A stretch of DNA of 64,000 nt, taken from positions 62,001 through 126,000 of the forward strand of contig NIVC01000661.1 in NCBI GenBank assembly GCA_002269645.1. The letters run 5' to 3'. The position numbers were made by a program, and so were the translations under genes. How positions within the stretch are numbered: the first letter of the stretch is position 1; the number at the start of each line of letters is the position of its first letter. Shown piece after piece: positions 1 through 14,000 of the stretch. Under the pieces are notes generated by a model. The model saw only the letters and a program-made list of their open reading frames with translations, made no database searches and was not told the DNA's origin. Source of the stretch: Macrostomum lignano. Its lineage: Eukaryota.

Positions 1-830
1 ACCATAACAGACAGGCCATAGACACAATAACAGACAGGCCATAGACACCATAACAGACAGGCCATAGACACAATAACAGACAGGCCATAGACACCATAAC
101 AGACAGGCCATAGACACCATAACAGACAGGCCATAGACACAATAAGAGACAGGCCATAGACAAACTAAGAGACAGGCCATAGACACCATAACAGACAGGC
201 CATAGACACAATAACAGACAGGCCATAGACACAATAACAGACAGGCCATAGACACAATAACAGACAGGCCATAGACACCATAACAGACAGGCCATAGACA
301 CCATAACAGACAGGCCATAGACACAATAAGAGACAGGCCATAGACACAATAAGAGACAGGCCATAGAAACAATAACAGACAGGCCATAGACACCATAACA
401 GACAGGCCATAGACACCATAACAGACAGGCCATAGACACCATAACAGACAGGCCATAGACACCATAACAGACAGGCCATAGACACAATAAGAGACAGGCC
501 ATAGACACAATAAAAGACAGGCCATAGAAACAATAACAGACAGGCCATAGACACACTAACAGACAGGCCATAGACACAATAACAGACAGGCCATAGACAC
601 AATAACAGACAGGCCATAGACAAAATAACAGACAGGCCATAGACACAATAACAGACAGGCCATAGACACACTAACAGACAGGCCATAGACGCACTAACAG
701 ACAGACCATAGACGCACTAACAGACAGACCATAGACACAATAAGAGACAGGCCATAGACACAATAAGAGACAGACCATAGACACACTAACAGACAGGCCA
801 TAGACACAATAAGAGACAGGCCATAGACAA
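1..830. repeat. 23-bp minisatellite (ACCATAACAGACAGGCCATAGAC), probably intronic to the CPED1-like gene
   Basis: The unit is directly visible. The 23-aa periodicity of ORF 165..686 equals 3 units. Confidence 0.97.
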
Positions 831-906
831 CCTGAGACAGGCAACGATCAGCGCTTAAACATCAAGGCAGTCCCTCACCCCCAACCTCGGCAGCCTCGGC
901 CTTCAG

Positions 907-1242
907 GTGCCCGTCATCGTGAAGGACCTGAGCCCCGGATTTCACATTCGAGTACCCGGAGTGACCTACAAGCCACTGACAGTTGACACAGCCCGGGAGC
1001 TGTCCAACAGGAACAGCCAGCTGCACAGCATATCAGCCAGCCTGGGCTTCTCCATGCTGCCCACATTCCGCCTGTCCGCCGCCCGCTATCGCGAGTTTCA
1101 TCCCGGCAAGTGCGCCTGCCATTTTCACACCGTGACACCCCGGCAGAGGCGGCCAGGCCGCGACAGAGGCTTTGAAGTTGACGGCGACATTCACAGGACT
1201 TGCTTGGGCCTCTTGACTGCACTGTTGGACTCCGTGTTGTAG
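907..1242 (+). CDS. CPED1: Terminal exon of a CPED1-like (cadherin-like and PC-esterase domain) protein
   Basis: Follows acceptor cttcag|G and ends in TAG. VIVKDLSPGFH...ARYREFHPGKCACHFHTV...FEVDGDIHRTCLGLL matches my recollection of the CPED1 C-terminus (IIKTLGIGFH...GRYKEFLQGKCGCHFHEV...YHVRGPINQVCSEILL). The exact acceptor could lie slightly upstream. Confidence 0.75.
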   Translation: MPVIVKDLSPGFHIRVPGVTYKPLTVDTARELSNRNSQLHSISASLGFSMLPTFRLSAARYREFHPGKCACHFHTVTPRQRRPGRDRGFEVDGDIHRTCLGLLTALLDSVL

Positions 1243-1262
1243 GGATGAGAAGTTGAGACTGG

Positions 1263-3655
1263 CTGTCAAATTGTCACTGTTCAGTCACATTGTCACTGGC
1301 ACAGTCAAATTGTCACTGACACAGTCAAACTGACACTATAACAATCAAATTGTCACTGACACAGTCAAACTGACACTATAACAGTCAAATTGTCACTGGC
1401 ACAGTCAAATTGTCACTGGCACAGTCAAATTGTCACTGACACAGTCAAACTGACACTATAACAATCAAATTGTCACTGACACAGTCAAATTGTCACTGAA
1501 GCAGTCAAATTGTCACTGAAGCAGTCAAATTGTCACTGACACAGTCAAATTGTCACTAGAGCAGTCAAATTGTCACTGACACAGTCAAATTGTCACTGAA
1601 GCAGTCAAATTGTCACTGGCAACACTGGCACAGTCAAATTGTCACTGGCAACACTGGCACAGTCAAATTTCACTGCCACAGTCAAATTGTCACTTAAGCA
1701 GTCAAATTGTCACTAGAGCAGTCAAACTGTCACAGACACAGTCAAATTGTCCCTGGCACAGTCAAATTGTCACAGACACAGTCAAACTGTCACTGGCACA
1801 GTCAAATTGTCACTGGCACAGTCAAATTGTCACTGACACAATCAAACTGACACTAGAACAATCAAATTGTCACTGGCACAGTCAAATTGTCACTTAAGCA
1901 GTCAAATTGTCACTAGAGCAGTCAAATTGTCACAGACACAGTCAAATTGTCCCTGGCACAGTCAAATTGTCACTTAAGCAGTCAAATTGTCACTTAAGCA
2001 GTCAAATTGTCACTAGAGCAGTCAAATTGTCACAGACACAGTCAAATTGTCCCTGGCACAGTCAAATTGTCACAGACACAGTCAAATTGTCCCTGGCACA
2101 GTCAAATTGTCACAGACAAAGTCAAATTGTGACTGGCACAGTCAAATTGTCACTGGAGCAGTCAAATTTTCCCTGGCACAGTCAAATTGTCACTGGCACA
2201 GTCAAATTGTCCCTGGCACAGTCAAATTGTCCCTGGCACAGTCAAATTGTCACTGGCACAGTCAAATTGTCACTGGCACAGTTAAATTGTCACTGACACA
2301 GTCAAACTGACACTAGAACAATCAAATTGTCACTGGCACAGTGAAATTGTCACTGATACAGTCAAATTGTCACTGACAAAGTCAAATTGTCACTGACACA
2401 GTTAAATTGTCACTGGAACAGTCAAATTGTCACTGAAGCAGTCAACTTGTCACTGGCAACACTGGCACAGTCAAATTGTCACTGCCACAGTCAAATTGTC
2501 ACTGGCACAGTCAAATTGTCACTGGCACAGTCAAATTGTCACTGACACAGTCAAATTGTCACTAACATAGTCAAATTGTCACTGGCACAGTCAAATTGTC
2601 ACTGGCACAGTCAAATTGTCACTGGCACAGTCAAATTGTCACTGGCACAGTCAAATTGTCACTGGCACAGTCAAATTGTCACTGACACAGTCAAATTGTC
2701 ACTGGCACAGTCAAATTGTCACTGTTCAGTCACATTGTCACTGGCACAGTCAAATTGTCACTGACACAGTCAAACTGACACTAGAACAATCAAATTGTCA
2801 CTGGCACAGTGAAATTGTCACTGATACAGTCAAATTGTCACTGACAAAGTCAAATTGTCACTGACACAGTTAAATTGTCACTGGAACAGTCAAATTGTCA
2901 CTGAAGCAGTCAACTTGTCACTGGCAACACTGGCACAGTCAAATTGTCACTGCCACAGTCAAATTGTCACTGGCACAGTCAAATTGTCACTGGCACAGTC
3001 AAATTGTCACTGACACAGTCAAATTGTCACTAACATAGTCAAATTGTCACTGGCACAGTCAAATTGTCACTGGCACAGTCAAATTGTCACTGGCACAGTC
3101 AAATTGTCACTGGCACAGTCAAATTGTCACTGGCACAGTCAAATTGTCACTGACACAGTCAAATTGTCACTGGCACAGTCAAATTGTCACTGTTCAGTCA
3201 CATTGTCACTGGCACAGTCAAATTGTCACTGACACAGTCAAACTGACACTAGAACAATCAAATTGTCACTGGCACAGTGAAATTGTCACTGATACAGTCA
3301 AATTGTCACTGACAAAGTCAAATTGTCACTGACACAGTTAAATTGTCACTGGAACAGTCAAATTGTCACTGAAGCAGTCAACTTGTCACTGGCAACACTG
3401 GCACAGTCAAATTGTCACTGCCACAGTCAAACTGTCACTTGGCAACACTGGCACAGTCAAATTGTCACTTCTACAGTCAAATTGTCACTGGCACAGTCAA
3501 ATTGTCACTGGCACAGTCAAATTGTCACTGGCACAGTCAAATTGTCACTGACACAGTCAAATTGTCACTAACATAGTCAAATTGTCACTGGCACAGTCAA
3601 ATTGTCACTGGCACAGTCAAATTGTCACTGGCACAGTCAAATTGTCACAGGCAGT
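1263..3655. repeat. 20-bp minisatellite (GCACAGTCAAATTGTCACTG) with a 468-bp higher-order repeat
   Basis: The unit is visible. Identical ORFs at 2576..2764 and 3044..3232 give the 468-bp offset. Confidence 0.97.
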
Positions 3656-4140
3656 CAATATAATTTGCGAACCCCCATTATTTTCTTGAATGCTCTTTAA
3701 AAAGAAAAATTGCAATTTTCAGTAATACTTATCTGCAGTGTCAATATTTAGCGTTGAGAAGCAATTGACAGACAATTGACAGATTGGTAATCCCAGCTCG
3801 AGTAGGGACACAGCGCATTTCAACAATTATACTTAATTTTTGTTTTACTGAATAAAAATTCCTCTAAAATTCTGGAGACTCGTGAGAAGTGACCAGAATC
3901 CAATTCGCTAATGCATGACTTGAATGCGATGATTTCTGGGTCTTGTTCGACTCTATTGTGAGTGAGAGGCCTCTTATGAGAATTGAATAGAGAGGCCTCC
4001 AATGCTTTTGCAAGTGTATTTTCTACTGAGTAAAACTTGCCTTTAAAAATGGCTGTGACAGGCCAATATTGCTTTTCATTTTTTCATTTTTTTCTATCCG
4101 AATAAACATGGGTACCTCAGGCCTTTTGGGCTAAAAATTT

Positions 4141-5130
4141 GATCAGGGGGCGCCAAGTTGATCAGGGGGCGCCAAGTTGATCACAGAAGCGCCAAGTTGA
4201 TCAGAGAGGCGCCAAGTTGATCAGAGAGGCGCCAAGTTGATCAGGGGCGTCAAATTGATCAGGGGAGCGCGAAGTTAATCAGGGAGGGCGCCAAGTTGAT
4301 CAGGGAGGGCGCCAAGTTGATCAGGGGCGCCAAGTTGATCACAGAAGCGCCAAGTTGATCAGGGGACGCCAAGTTGATCAGGGGGCGCCAAGTTGATCAG
4401 GGGAGCGCGAAGTTGATCAGGGGCGTCAAGTTGATCAGGGGAGCGCGAAGTTAATCAGAGGGCGCCAAGTTGATCAGGGGGCGCCAAGTTGATCAGGGGG
4501 CGCCAAGTTGATCAGGGGCGCCAAGTTGATCACAGAAGCGCCAAGTTGATCAGAGAGGCGCCAAGTTGATCAGGGAGTGCGCTAAGTTGATCAGAGAGGC
4601 GCTAAGTTGATCAGGGGAGCGCGAAGTTGATCAGGGGCGTCAAATTGATCAGGGGAGCGCGAAGTTAATCAGAGGGCGCCAAGTTGATCAGGGGGCGCCA
4701 AGTTGATCAGGGGGCGCCAAGTTGATCACAGAAGCGCCAAGTTGATCAGGGAGGGCGCCAAGTTGATCAGGGAGGGCGCCAAGTTGATCAGGGAGGGCGC
4801 CAAGTTGATCAGAGAGGCGCTAAGTTGATCAGGGAGGGCGCCAAGTTGATCAGAGAGGCGCTAAGTTGATCAGGGAGGGCGCCAAGTTAATCAGGGAGGG
4901 CGCCAAGTTGATCAGAGAGGCGCTAAGTTGATCAGGGAGGGCGCCAAGTTGATCAGAGAGGCGCTAAGTTGATCAGAGAGGCGCCAAGTTAATCAGGGAG
5001 GGCGCCAAGTTGATCAGAGAGGCGCCAAGTTGGTCAGGGGAGCGCTAAGTTGATCAGGGAGGGCGCCAATTTGATCAGGGGGCGCCAAGTTGATCAGGAA
5101 GGGCGCCAAGTTGACCAGAGAGGCGCCAAG
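4141..5130. repeat. 19-22-bp minisatellite (GGCGCCAAGTTGATCAGGG[A/G]n)
   Basis: Tandem units are directly visible. Confidence 0.95.
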
Positions 5131-5179
5131 TTGGGAAGAAGGGCCTGAATGTCAGGCCGTCTCCTAAGAAAAGATGGCG

Positions 5180-5520
5180 AGTTTTATCAATCCAATCGAG
5201 AAGCCCTTCTCTGCAATGACTCTGCAATGAATATTCAGCAATAGGCGATATTACAGCACTTGTCAAGCACTGTGACGAGATTACGCCAGTAAGCATTTCG
5301 TTCGAGTTGCAACCAGAGAGCTTCCAATTTCGATTTTGCCACCACTGGGTCGATCAGGGGAACAAGAGGATGAGAGAAGTAACCAGAGATATGACCGAGA
5401 GTGAAGACTCCAGTGCAAGGGATACGCTGGGGCAGCTCGATCGTGTTTGCTTTAAGTCGCCTCGCAGGCCATCAATATTGAGGCCTTGGGCGGGGGAGAA
5501 GGCTTTTAATGGTGTCAGCG
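5180..5520 (-). pseudogene. Possible degenerate APE endonuclease relic of a non-LTR retrotransposon
   Basis: Minus-strand fragments LNIDGLRG, HISGY, DRPSGG and LEALWLQL fall in the usual APE order but in different frames. Confidence 0.3.
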
Positions 5521-7371
5521 TTTGTGGGACAGGAAATGCTTCGCCTCAAGCCTGTCTGTCGCGGCAAAGTAGGGGTGGCTTAAACGATTTATGATGCAGC
5601 ACTTGAACCGATGCGGGATCAGTTTCGATTCTGGGAAAGCTGGGAAACTTCGTCTCCCCCCCCCCCTGAGTTGACTTGTGCCCCTGTCAAGCGACTGGTT
5701 CGCCAAGAATGAATAAGGAGCTTTAGAGTTCCCCTTCTAGTATGGGGCGTTGTCAGTCAGTAAACGAAATAAAGTCTAACAGGGTTTTTTTGCGAGTCGA
5801 AAAGAAATCAGCCGACAGCTCCCGACTCCTCATCGCATTCGCCGCTGCCCTCGCGCTTTCAATTTCTCTGCTCGGGCTTGAGCCGATCGACAGGTCACCG
5901 CTGGGCCCCGGAGAGCCCGGCTGAAATGCCGGACAAATTGGGGGGTCGGTGAGCAGGAAGAAGCCAGAGTGGTGATGAGGCGGCTGAGCTCTGGGAAGAG
6001 AGAATAGGGGATACAAGTAAGGCGGAGCGAGCGGCAAATGGAGGAGGCATGAAATGATGAGGAAAGCGAGTCCAGTTGCCGGTCAGAATTGGATAGAAGC
6101 GTGTGGGGCGGGGGGCTCGTGCGGCTGGCGTCGGCAGGGGAAATTCTGGGTCGGGAGGTCTCAGCAGGGGGCGGGAAGGCGCTCGCAGGTCGCTAGGGGG
6201 GGGGGGGTGGCGAGAGCACAGCGCGGCGGGAGGCCACCACCACTTTAATTTCTTTTTTTTTTGGCCAATTTAATTAATTTTCCCCGGGCACTTCTCCCCT
6301 GGCTACACATGCCCGACTTGGTCCTCGCGAGATGTCTGGGTTAAACTCCTCTCATCCGCTAAGACTTAGGCCGACATTAGAGAGCCTAGAGATCTCTCAC
6401 GAACTGTCCCTTGGCCCTCCGCTCGAGAAGCAGACTGTCTGACGCCGCTGGCGCATCCTGAGAAGTCGGCTGCACTGAGCAGTTTCCGAGCTGGAAGCTC
6501 ATGGGTCACCAGTTGCTCCCCAAGCTGTGCTGTCTGTCGCAGCTGGTTAAGTAGAGTGGCCCCGCCAACTCGTGTCCCATGAGAACTGGGCCGCTCTCTC
6601 TCTGGCTGATTGAATGAAAGATTTAGCCGAAGTGTTTGAGTAAAATGAAGTTTTTGCAACTAAAGGCCGGATGAATAAAGCGAGCAATTGCTCACGAGTA
6701 ACTGCTCCTGCTCTGAGTCTAACCATAACTTTTAGCAGATATCCATTGTACGAGCGTAGATCCGAAATACAATGTCCAAACCCATTTTGAGAAAAAACTG
6801 TAGGTGAGCAAGAGTACCTACAAGACCCCAATAAGTTTTGCTCAGGTCTACATGTACACTGCACAAATCCTGGTTTCTAATTTAATTTTCATCCAGCATT
6901 GTTAGGATCTCGGGACCCATTGTCGCTGAACACAGACCTGGCCTTGCTAAATAATGCAGACGAGTACGCAGGTCTGGATGTCGGCAGTCTAATAAATTAT
7001 CAGGCGGTTCCCAAGACTGCGCTGCGCTATGCAAGCAGGCTGGGGTGCACAAGAGCAATAACAATTAGTGGTGGGCTAACTGAGATTGATCCTATGCAGC
7101 TGGATCCTCCTTCACAGCCATGATGGCCAAACTGTTTCGGTAATGTATTTCAAGTAGAATTGAGGATCTTACAGTCGGCAGCACTTAGGCCCGTGCTGGC
7201 AGACACTGGCTTCGTCTCTTACTGCCCATCACTTTGCGATTTTCAGTCACGCAAGCAGATATAAACACACAGACCCTCTGCTTCACTTGTCATTTGTTAT
7301 TGACCTGAGACAGGTATGCTGTAAAAAGCTTCTTTTTCTGACAATAATCCTTCTGTGACGGTAGTCTATGC

Positions 7372-8438
7372 GCAGTCGTGGAGGGACCATAGACAGCACT
7401 GGTTGTGTCTGTGCGGAGTTGTGGAGGGACCATAGACAGCACTGGTTGTGTCTGTGCGGAGTTGTGGATGGACCATAGACAGCACTGGTTGTGTCTGTGC
7501 GCAGCTGTGGATGGACCATAGACAGCACTGGTTGTGTCTGTGCGGAGCTGTGGATTGACCATAGACAGCACTGGTTGTGTCTGTGCGGAGTTGTGGAGGG
7601 ACCATAGACAGCACTGGTTGTGTCTGTGCGGAGCTGTGGATGGACCATAGACAGCACTGGTTGTGTCTGTGCGGAGTTGTGGATGGACCATAGACAGCAC
7701 TGGTTGTGTCTGTGCGGAGCTGTGGATGGACCATAGACAGCACTGGTTGTGTCTGTGCGGAGTTGTGGATGGACCATAGACAGCACTGGTTGTGTCTGTG
7801 CGGAGCTGTGGATTGACCATAGACAGCACTGGTTGTGTCTGTGCGGAGTTGTGGATGGGCCATAGACAGCACTGGTTGTGTCTGTGCGGAGTTGTGGATG
7901 GACCATAGACAGCACTGGTTGTGTCTGTGCGGAGTTGTGGATGGACCATAGACAGCACTGGTTGTGTCTGTGCGGAGCTGTGGATGGGCCATAGACAGCA
8001 CTGGTTGTGTCTGTGCGCAGCTGTGGATGGACCATAGACAGCACTGGTTGTGTCTGTGCGCAGCTGTGGATGGACCATAGACAGCACTGGTTGTGTCTGT
8101 GCGGAGCTGTGGATTGACCATAGACAGCACTGGTTGTGTCTGTGCGGAGTTGTGGATGGGCCATAGACAGCACTGGTTGTGTCTGTGCGGAGTTGTGGAT
8201 GGACCATAGACAGCACTGGTTGTGTCTGTGCGGAGTTGTGGATGGACCATAGACAGCACTGGTTGTGTCTGTGCGGAGCTGTGGATGGGCCATAGACAGC
8301 ACTGGTTGTGTCTGTGCGGAGTTGTGGATGGGCCATAGACAGCACTGGTTGTGTCTGTGCGGAGTTGTGGATTGACCATAGACAGCACTGGTTGTGTCTG
8401 TGCGGAGTTGTGGATGGACCATAGACAGCACTGGTTGT
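7372..8438. repeat. 43-bp minisatellite (CCATAGACAGCACTGGTTGTGTCTGTGCGGAGTTGTGGATGGA)
   Basis: About 25 units with no spacers. The 43-aa periodicity appears in three overlapping ORFs. Confidence 0.97.
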
Positions 8439-8829
8439 GGTTATAGTTCAACAATTTTCTATAAATTCACTAAAAAGCGTATTAAATTCGCAAAAGTACA
8501 AAGAAAACACAACCCTCATCAATTTTTTCGTGTTTTTTTCCAACACCCCCTCCCTGTCCTCAAACTTCATCCTTAATAAACTACCTTATGCGATTCGAAT
8601 TGTATTCTGCTGGGCCAAGGGATATGGAACCTCGGATGCGGAGATGCCGACAGGATAATTAATTAGTCTATTTCGGACTGGGCCGGTGCAAAACGGTGGA
8701 GCAGGTGCAAAACGGTGATAACCATAATTAGGAAAATATTCAAGTCCCACTGCTTCTCATTTCTTTCCTGTACAGTAAGTATAGTTTAGCGAGTTGAATT
8801 TCTTGCCTATTGTAGTGGCTGCTGTGTCA

Positions 8830-8830
<1 letters not shown>

Positions 8831-8862
<32 letters not shown>
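8831..8862. repeat. (CT)n microsatellite
   Basis: Directly visible. Confidence 0.95.
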
Positions 8863-8866
<4 letters not shown>

Positions 8867-9389
8867 ATAATCCCCAAGGCGAGCCGTTTTTTGAGTTCGA
8901 ATGCAAGCGGAGAGCGCGTGCAGGAGAAAAAAACTCAAGATGGGAACAAAGGAGCGATGGGATGTTTTGAGTGACGCAGCCTTTGGGGGATTTGAGATTC
9001 GCGTGTAACAAATATCTGTCTTGGCAAAGGAAGGCCTGAGTTGGGAAAGCGGAATTGAGAAGGCCGGAGGCGGATCAATGGGATTCTCTTTGATGATGTT
9101 GGACTCAAGGGAGGCTGGGCTCACTCACCGTCGACTCAGTATTTTATTCCTCATAAAAAGCGAGAGGATGGGGATCAGTTCAGATGGGAACCGGGATTGG
9201 GATTCGGTGTGGCGTACCGACAATGCCCGGCATCGGTGATCAAACAAAGGAGTGTAGAATTTGTACTGAAAAACATCAGCCAGGAGAGCTGGGATGAAGA
9301 GAGGGACAAATGGGAGGTTAATTGCAGGTAAATACGCATCATTTTAAGTAGCGTTGAGGGCGTTTTAGGTTTATTGTCAGGTGTATATA

Positions 9390-10485
9390 TCGCTCTAGTG
9401 TGTCTATATTGCGCTCTAGTGTGTCTATATTGCGCTCTAGTGTGTCTATATTGCACTCTAGTGTGTCTATATTGCGCTCTAGTGTGTCTATATTGCACTC
9501 TAGTGTGTCTATATTGCGCTCTAGTGTGTCTATATTGCGCTCTAGTGTGTCTATATTGCACTCTAGTGTGTCTATATTGCGCTCTAGTGTGTCTATATTG
9601 CGCTCTAGTGTGTCTATATTGCACTCTAGTGTGTCTATATTGCACTCTAGTGTGTCTATATTGCACTCTAGTGTGTCTATATTGCGCTCTAGTGTGTCTA
9701 TATTGCACTCTAGTGTGTCTATATTGCACTCTAGTGTGTCTATATTGCGCTCTAGTGTGTCTATATTGCGCTCTAGTGTGTCTATATTGCACTCTAGTGT
9801 GTCTATATTGCACTCTAGTGTGTCTATATTGCGCTCTAGTGTGTCTATATTGCGCTCTAGTGTGTCTATATTGCACTCTAGTGTGTCTATATTGCACTCT
9901 AGTGTGTCTATATTGCACTCTAATGTGTCTATATTGCACTCTAGTGTGTCTATATTGCACTCTAGTGTGTCTATATTGCGCTCTAGTGTGTCTATATTGC
10001 ACTCTAGTGTGTCTATATTGCACTCTAGTGTGTCTATATTGCACTCTAGTGTGTCTATATTGCACTCTAGTGTGTCTATATTGCACTCTAGTGTGTCTAT
10101 ATTGCACTCTAGTGTGTCTATATTGCGCTCTAGTGTGTCTATATTGCGCTCTAGTGTGTCTATATTGCACTCTAGTGTGTCTATATTGCACTCTAGTGTG
10201 TCTATATTGCACTCTAGTGTGTCTATATTGCACTCTAGTGTGTCTATATTGCGCTCTAGTGTGTCTATATTGCGCTCTAGTGTGTCTATATTGCGTTCTA
10301 GTGTGTCTATATTGCACTCTAGTGTGTCTATATTGCACTCTAGTGTGTCTATATTGCGCTCTAGTGTGTCTATATTGCGCTCTAGTGTGTCTATGTTGCA
10401 CTCTAGTGTGTCTATATTGCACTCTAGTGTGTCTATGTTGCACTCTAGTGTGTCTATATTGCACTCTAGTGTGTCTATGTTGCGC
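9390..10485. repeat. 21-bp minisatellite (CTCTAGTGTGTCTATATTGC[A/G])
   Basis: About 52 near-identical units. Confidence 0.97.
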
Positions 10486-10564
10486 CTAAGGCCAAATGTG
10501 TCTTTGCGGCATATGTTTTTTGACATTAAATGAGGCTTCGTGGCGCCGAGTGTGTCTTTCTGAA

Positions 10565-10920
10565 ACCAAATGTGTCTATTTAGCACCGAATGTGTCTGTT
10601 TGGCACCGAATGTGTCTATTTGGCACCGAATGTGTCTATTTAGCACCGAATGTGTCTATTTGGCACCGAATGTGTCTATTTGGCACCGAATGTGTCTATT
10701 TGGCACCAAATGTGTCTGTTTGGCACCGAATGTGTCTATTTAGCACCAAATGTGTCTGTTTGGCACCGAATGTGTCTATTTAGCACCAAATGTGTCTGTT
10801 TGGCACCGAATGTGTCTGTTTGGCACTGAATATGTCTATTTGGCACCGAATGTGTCTATTATTTCACACTGAATGTGTCTATTTAGCACTGAATGTGTCT
10901 GTTTGGCACCGAATGTGTCT
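10565..10920. repeat. 20-bp minisatellite (GCACCGAATGTGTCTATTT[A/G])
   Basis: Tandem units are visible. Confidence 0.93.
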
Positions 10921-11024
10921 CTACAGCACCCTATAAAATGTCTTAATACCACTAAAATGTCTCTGCACGAGCGGATACGGCACCCAAAATGTGATGACTC
11001 TCCAGCATGAGCTACCAGCAGCGC

Positions 11025-14000
11025 TCAGCATTGACTCTCGGTCCTGGCAAAAGGATTAAAACGTAGGGGATCGATCCGTGTTGGGGGTCGATTTCCAATT
11101 AGGCCAAGTCCCAGAGATAAAAGAAATACATTTTTGAAGCCTTCTTTGAGCAAAGAGTAATCAATTTTTGGGGAAGATCAACTGACTGGATTAGAATTGA
11201 AGATTAGTGAAGCTGAGGCTCTGGGCGGCACATCATTCGATAGGCTGATGCTGATGGAGACTTTTGATGGAGAGCGTAGTTGCAATTTTCATCCGAATTT
11301 GCGTAATTACCATGCATACCCATAGAGCATGAGACTGCGCCCAAAGAGCATGAGACTGCGCCCATAGAGCATGAGACTGCGCCCATAGAGCATGAGACTG
11401 CGCCCAAAGAGCATGAGACTGCGCCCATAGAGCATGAGACTGCGCCCAAAGAGCATGAGACTGCGCCCATAGAGCATGAGACTGCGCCCATAGAGCATGA
11501 GACTGTATCCATAGAGTATGAGACTGTACCCATAGAGTATGAGACTGTACCCATAGAGTATGAGGCTGTTATCATAGAGTATGAGGCTGTAACCATAGAG
11601 TATGAGGCTGCACCCATAGAGTATGAGACTGCACCCATAGAACAACAAGAGATTAAATTCAAGAGAGAATACCTAAGAGATGATACCCAATAGATAATAC
11701 CTAAGGGACAGTACCCAAGAGACGATACTCAAGAGAGAATACCCAAGAAATAATTCTCAATTAAGAGACTGTTACCCATCAAAAGCTTTCTACAAGGAAA
11801 TGAACTAAAAAGATACCTTAGAGGTGCTGGATCAGACACCGTAGCCTTCAAAAAAGTTACCCACCAGAAAATACCCATCGATGGTACTCCCAATGGAAGG
11901 TACACGCATAAGATGAAAGACTCGAACAACAAGTACAGAATTTATATTAAAATTTCTTCAATAGTCGCATGTTTTTCTTTATTAATAGTAATAACAATAA
12001 TTATCGAAAAGTCACACTGCACACCTCAGCTGATATCACATGTTCTCCATCAAAATCAGTTCAGAAATGAGCAGCTGGATGAAGAGATCGGCTTCATCAC
12101 CCTCCGCATCGGGTAGGGCTTGCCATACCGGGTCTCCCTGGGCTGCGGCATCTGCCCGGAGTGCCTGCGGCGCCACTGCTCCGACGCCATCTTGAGCAGC
12201 CGGGCGCGTTCAACCGGGTCCAGTGAGGACACCTTCTTCTGCGCCTCGATTACGTACTCGGCGTCGGAGATCATCGAGCTGAGGTCCGAGCCGGCGGCTG
12301 AGTCAGCGCCGCTCTTCGGGCGCCGGTGTTCCGGCAGCTGGCTGAGCAGCAGGTCGTATAGCTGCAGCATCTCCCGCTTGCTGCTGATGAAGCTGTAGCT
12401 GGCGGGCAGGCAGCAGGGGAACCTGCCGCAGGGGGAGCCGTCGGAGCCAGCAAACTGGCAGCTGGGAGCCGGCTGCGGCTGCTGCTTCTGCTGTTGCTGT
12501 TGCTGCTTCTGGAAGGAGAGGAGCATGGCCAGTTAAAGACACTGTGGCGCCCGATTTTAGAGAGTGGCGCCAAAGTTTAGACACTTGCGCCTAATTTGCG
12601 ACAGTGGCGCCCGATTTTAGACAGTGGCGCCCAATTTTAGACTCTGGAACCCAATTTTAGACTCTGTGGCGCCCAATTTTAGACTCTGGCGCCCAATTTT
12701 AGACTCTGGCGCCCAATTTTAGACTCAGTGGCGCCCAATTTTAGACTCTGTGGCGCCCAATTTTAGACTCTGTGGCGCCCAATTTTAGACTCTGTGGCGC
12801 CCAATTTTAGACTCTGTGGCGCCCAACTTTAGACTCTGTGGCGCCCAACTTTAGACTCTGGAACCCAATTTTAGACTCTGTGGCGCCCAATTTTAGACTC
12901 TGGCGCCCAATTTTAGACTCTGGCGCCCAATTTTAGACTCTGGCGCTCAATTTTAGACTCTGTGGCGCCCAATTTTAGACTCTGGGGCGCCCAATTTTAG
13001 ACTCTGTGGCGCCCAATTTTAGGCTATCAAATTATGATTTGTTTTTCATGCAAATTTTATGACCTTTGCTGCCAGGACGAGCTCAAACTCTCGGGGCTCC
13101 TCTTGGAGTTTTTTCCCATCGAAACCAAAATAGCCAATTGGATTTTTCCCAATAACAGTTTGTCAAGCAGCCACTGCCGTCAGAGCCCTGGGACCACTTG
13201 ATCCCAGCGAGGGTTGCAGTGGAGGTTTTGATTACGTAATACTGGCTGCATTTTTATGAGCCATGAATTCATTCACATCTGAGGCTTTGGCGAGTGGATC
13301 TCTAGCAAATCTAAAAATAATTTCTTATATATCTAACAACGGTGTCTAACAGATCTAACAACTGTGTCTAACAGATCTAACAACTGTGTCTAACAGATCT
13401 AACAACTGTGTCTAACAGATCTAACAACTGTGTCTAACAGATCTAACAACTGTGTCTAATCGATCTAACAACTGTGTCTAACAGATCTAACAACTGTGTC
13501 TAACAGATCTAACAACTGTGTCTAATAAATCTAACAACGGTGTCTAACAGATCTAACAACTGTGTCTAACAGATCTAACAACTGTGTCTAACAGATCTAA
13601 CAACTGTGTCTAATAAATCTAACAACGGTGTCTAACAGATCTAACAACTGTGTCTAACAGATCTAACAACTGTGTCTAACAGATCTAACAACTGTGTCTA
13701 ATAAATCTAACAACGGTGTCTAACAGATCTAACAACTTTGTCTAATAGATCTAACAACTGTGTCTAACAGATCTAACAACTGTGTCTAACAGATCTAACA
13801 ACTGTGTCTAACAGATCTAACAACTGTGTCTAACAGATCTAACAACTGTGTCTAACAGATCTAACAACTGTGTCTAACAGATCTAACAACTGTGTCTAAC
13901 AGATCTAACAACGGTGTCTAACAGATCTAACAACTGTGTCTAATCGATCTAACAACTGTGTCTAATAGATCTAACAACTGTGTCTAACAGATCTAACAAC

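Noticed and set aside
5742-6864. Cluster of short GC-rich ORFs as a possible LINE ORF1 or gene
   Set aside because: No recognisable motif, consistent splice chain or dominant frame.
6882-7123. Short ORFs on both strands with plausible acceptors
   Set aside because: No homology was recognised and the strand cannot be chosen from sequence alone.
7213-7226. GTCTCTTACTGC resembling part of a flatworm spliced-leader sequence as I recall it
   Set aside because: Only about 12 nt match, with no following donor or Sm site, and my reference sequence is from memory and unverifiable here.
7283-8454. Long ORFs (351-382 aa) and a CRISPR-like look of the 43-bp array
   Set aside because: The units are contiguous with no unique spacers, there are no cas genes, and the context is eukaryotic. 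The ORFs are open in several frames only because the unit lacks stops.
9175-10646. Four overlapping 370-435-aa ORFs
   Set aside because: They are translations of a 21-bp tandem repeat on both strands.
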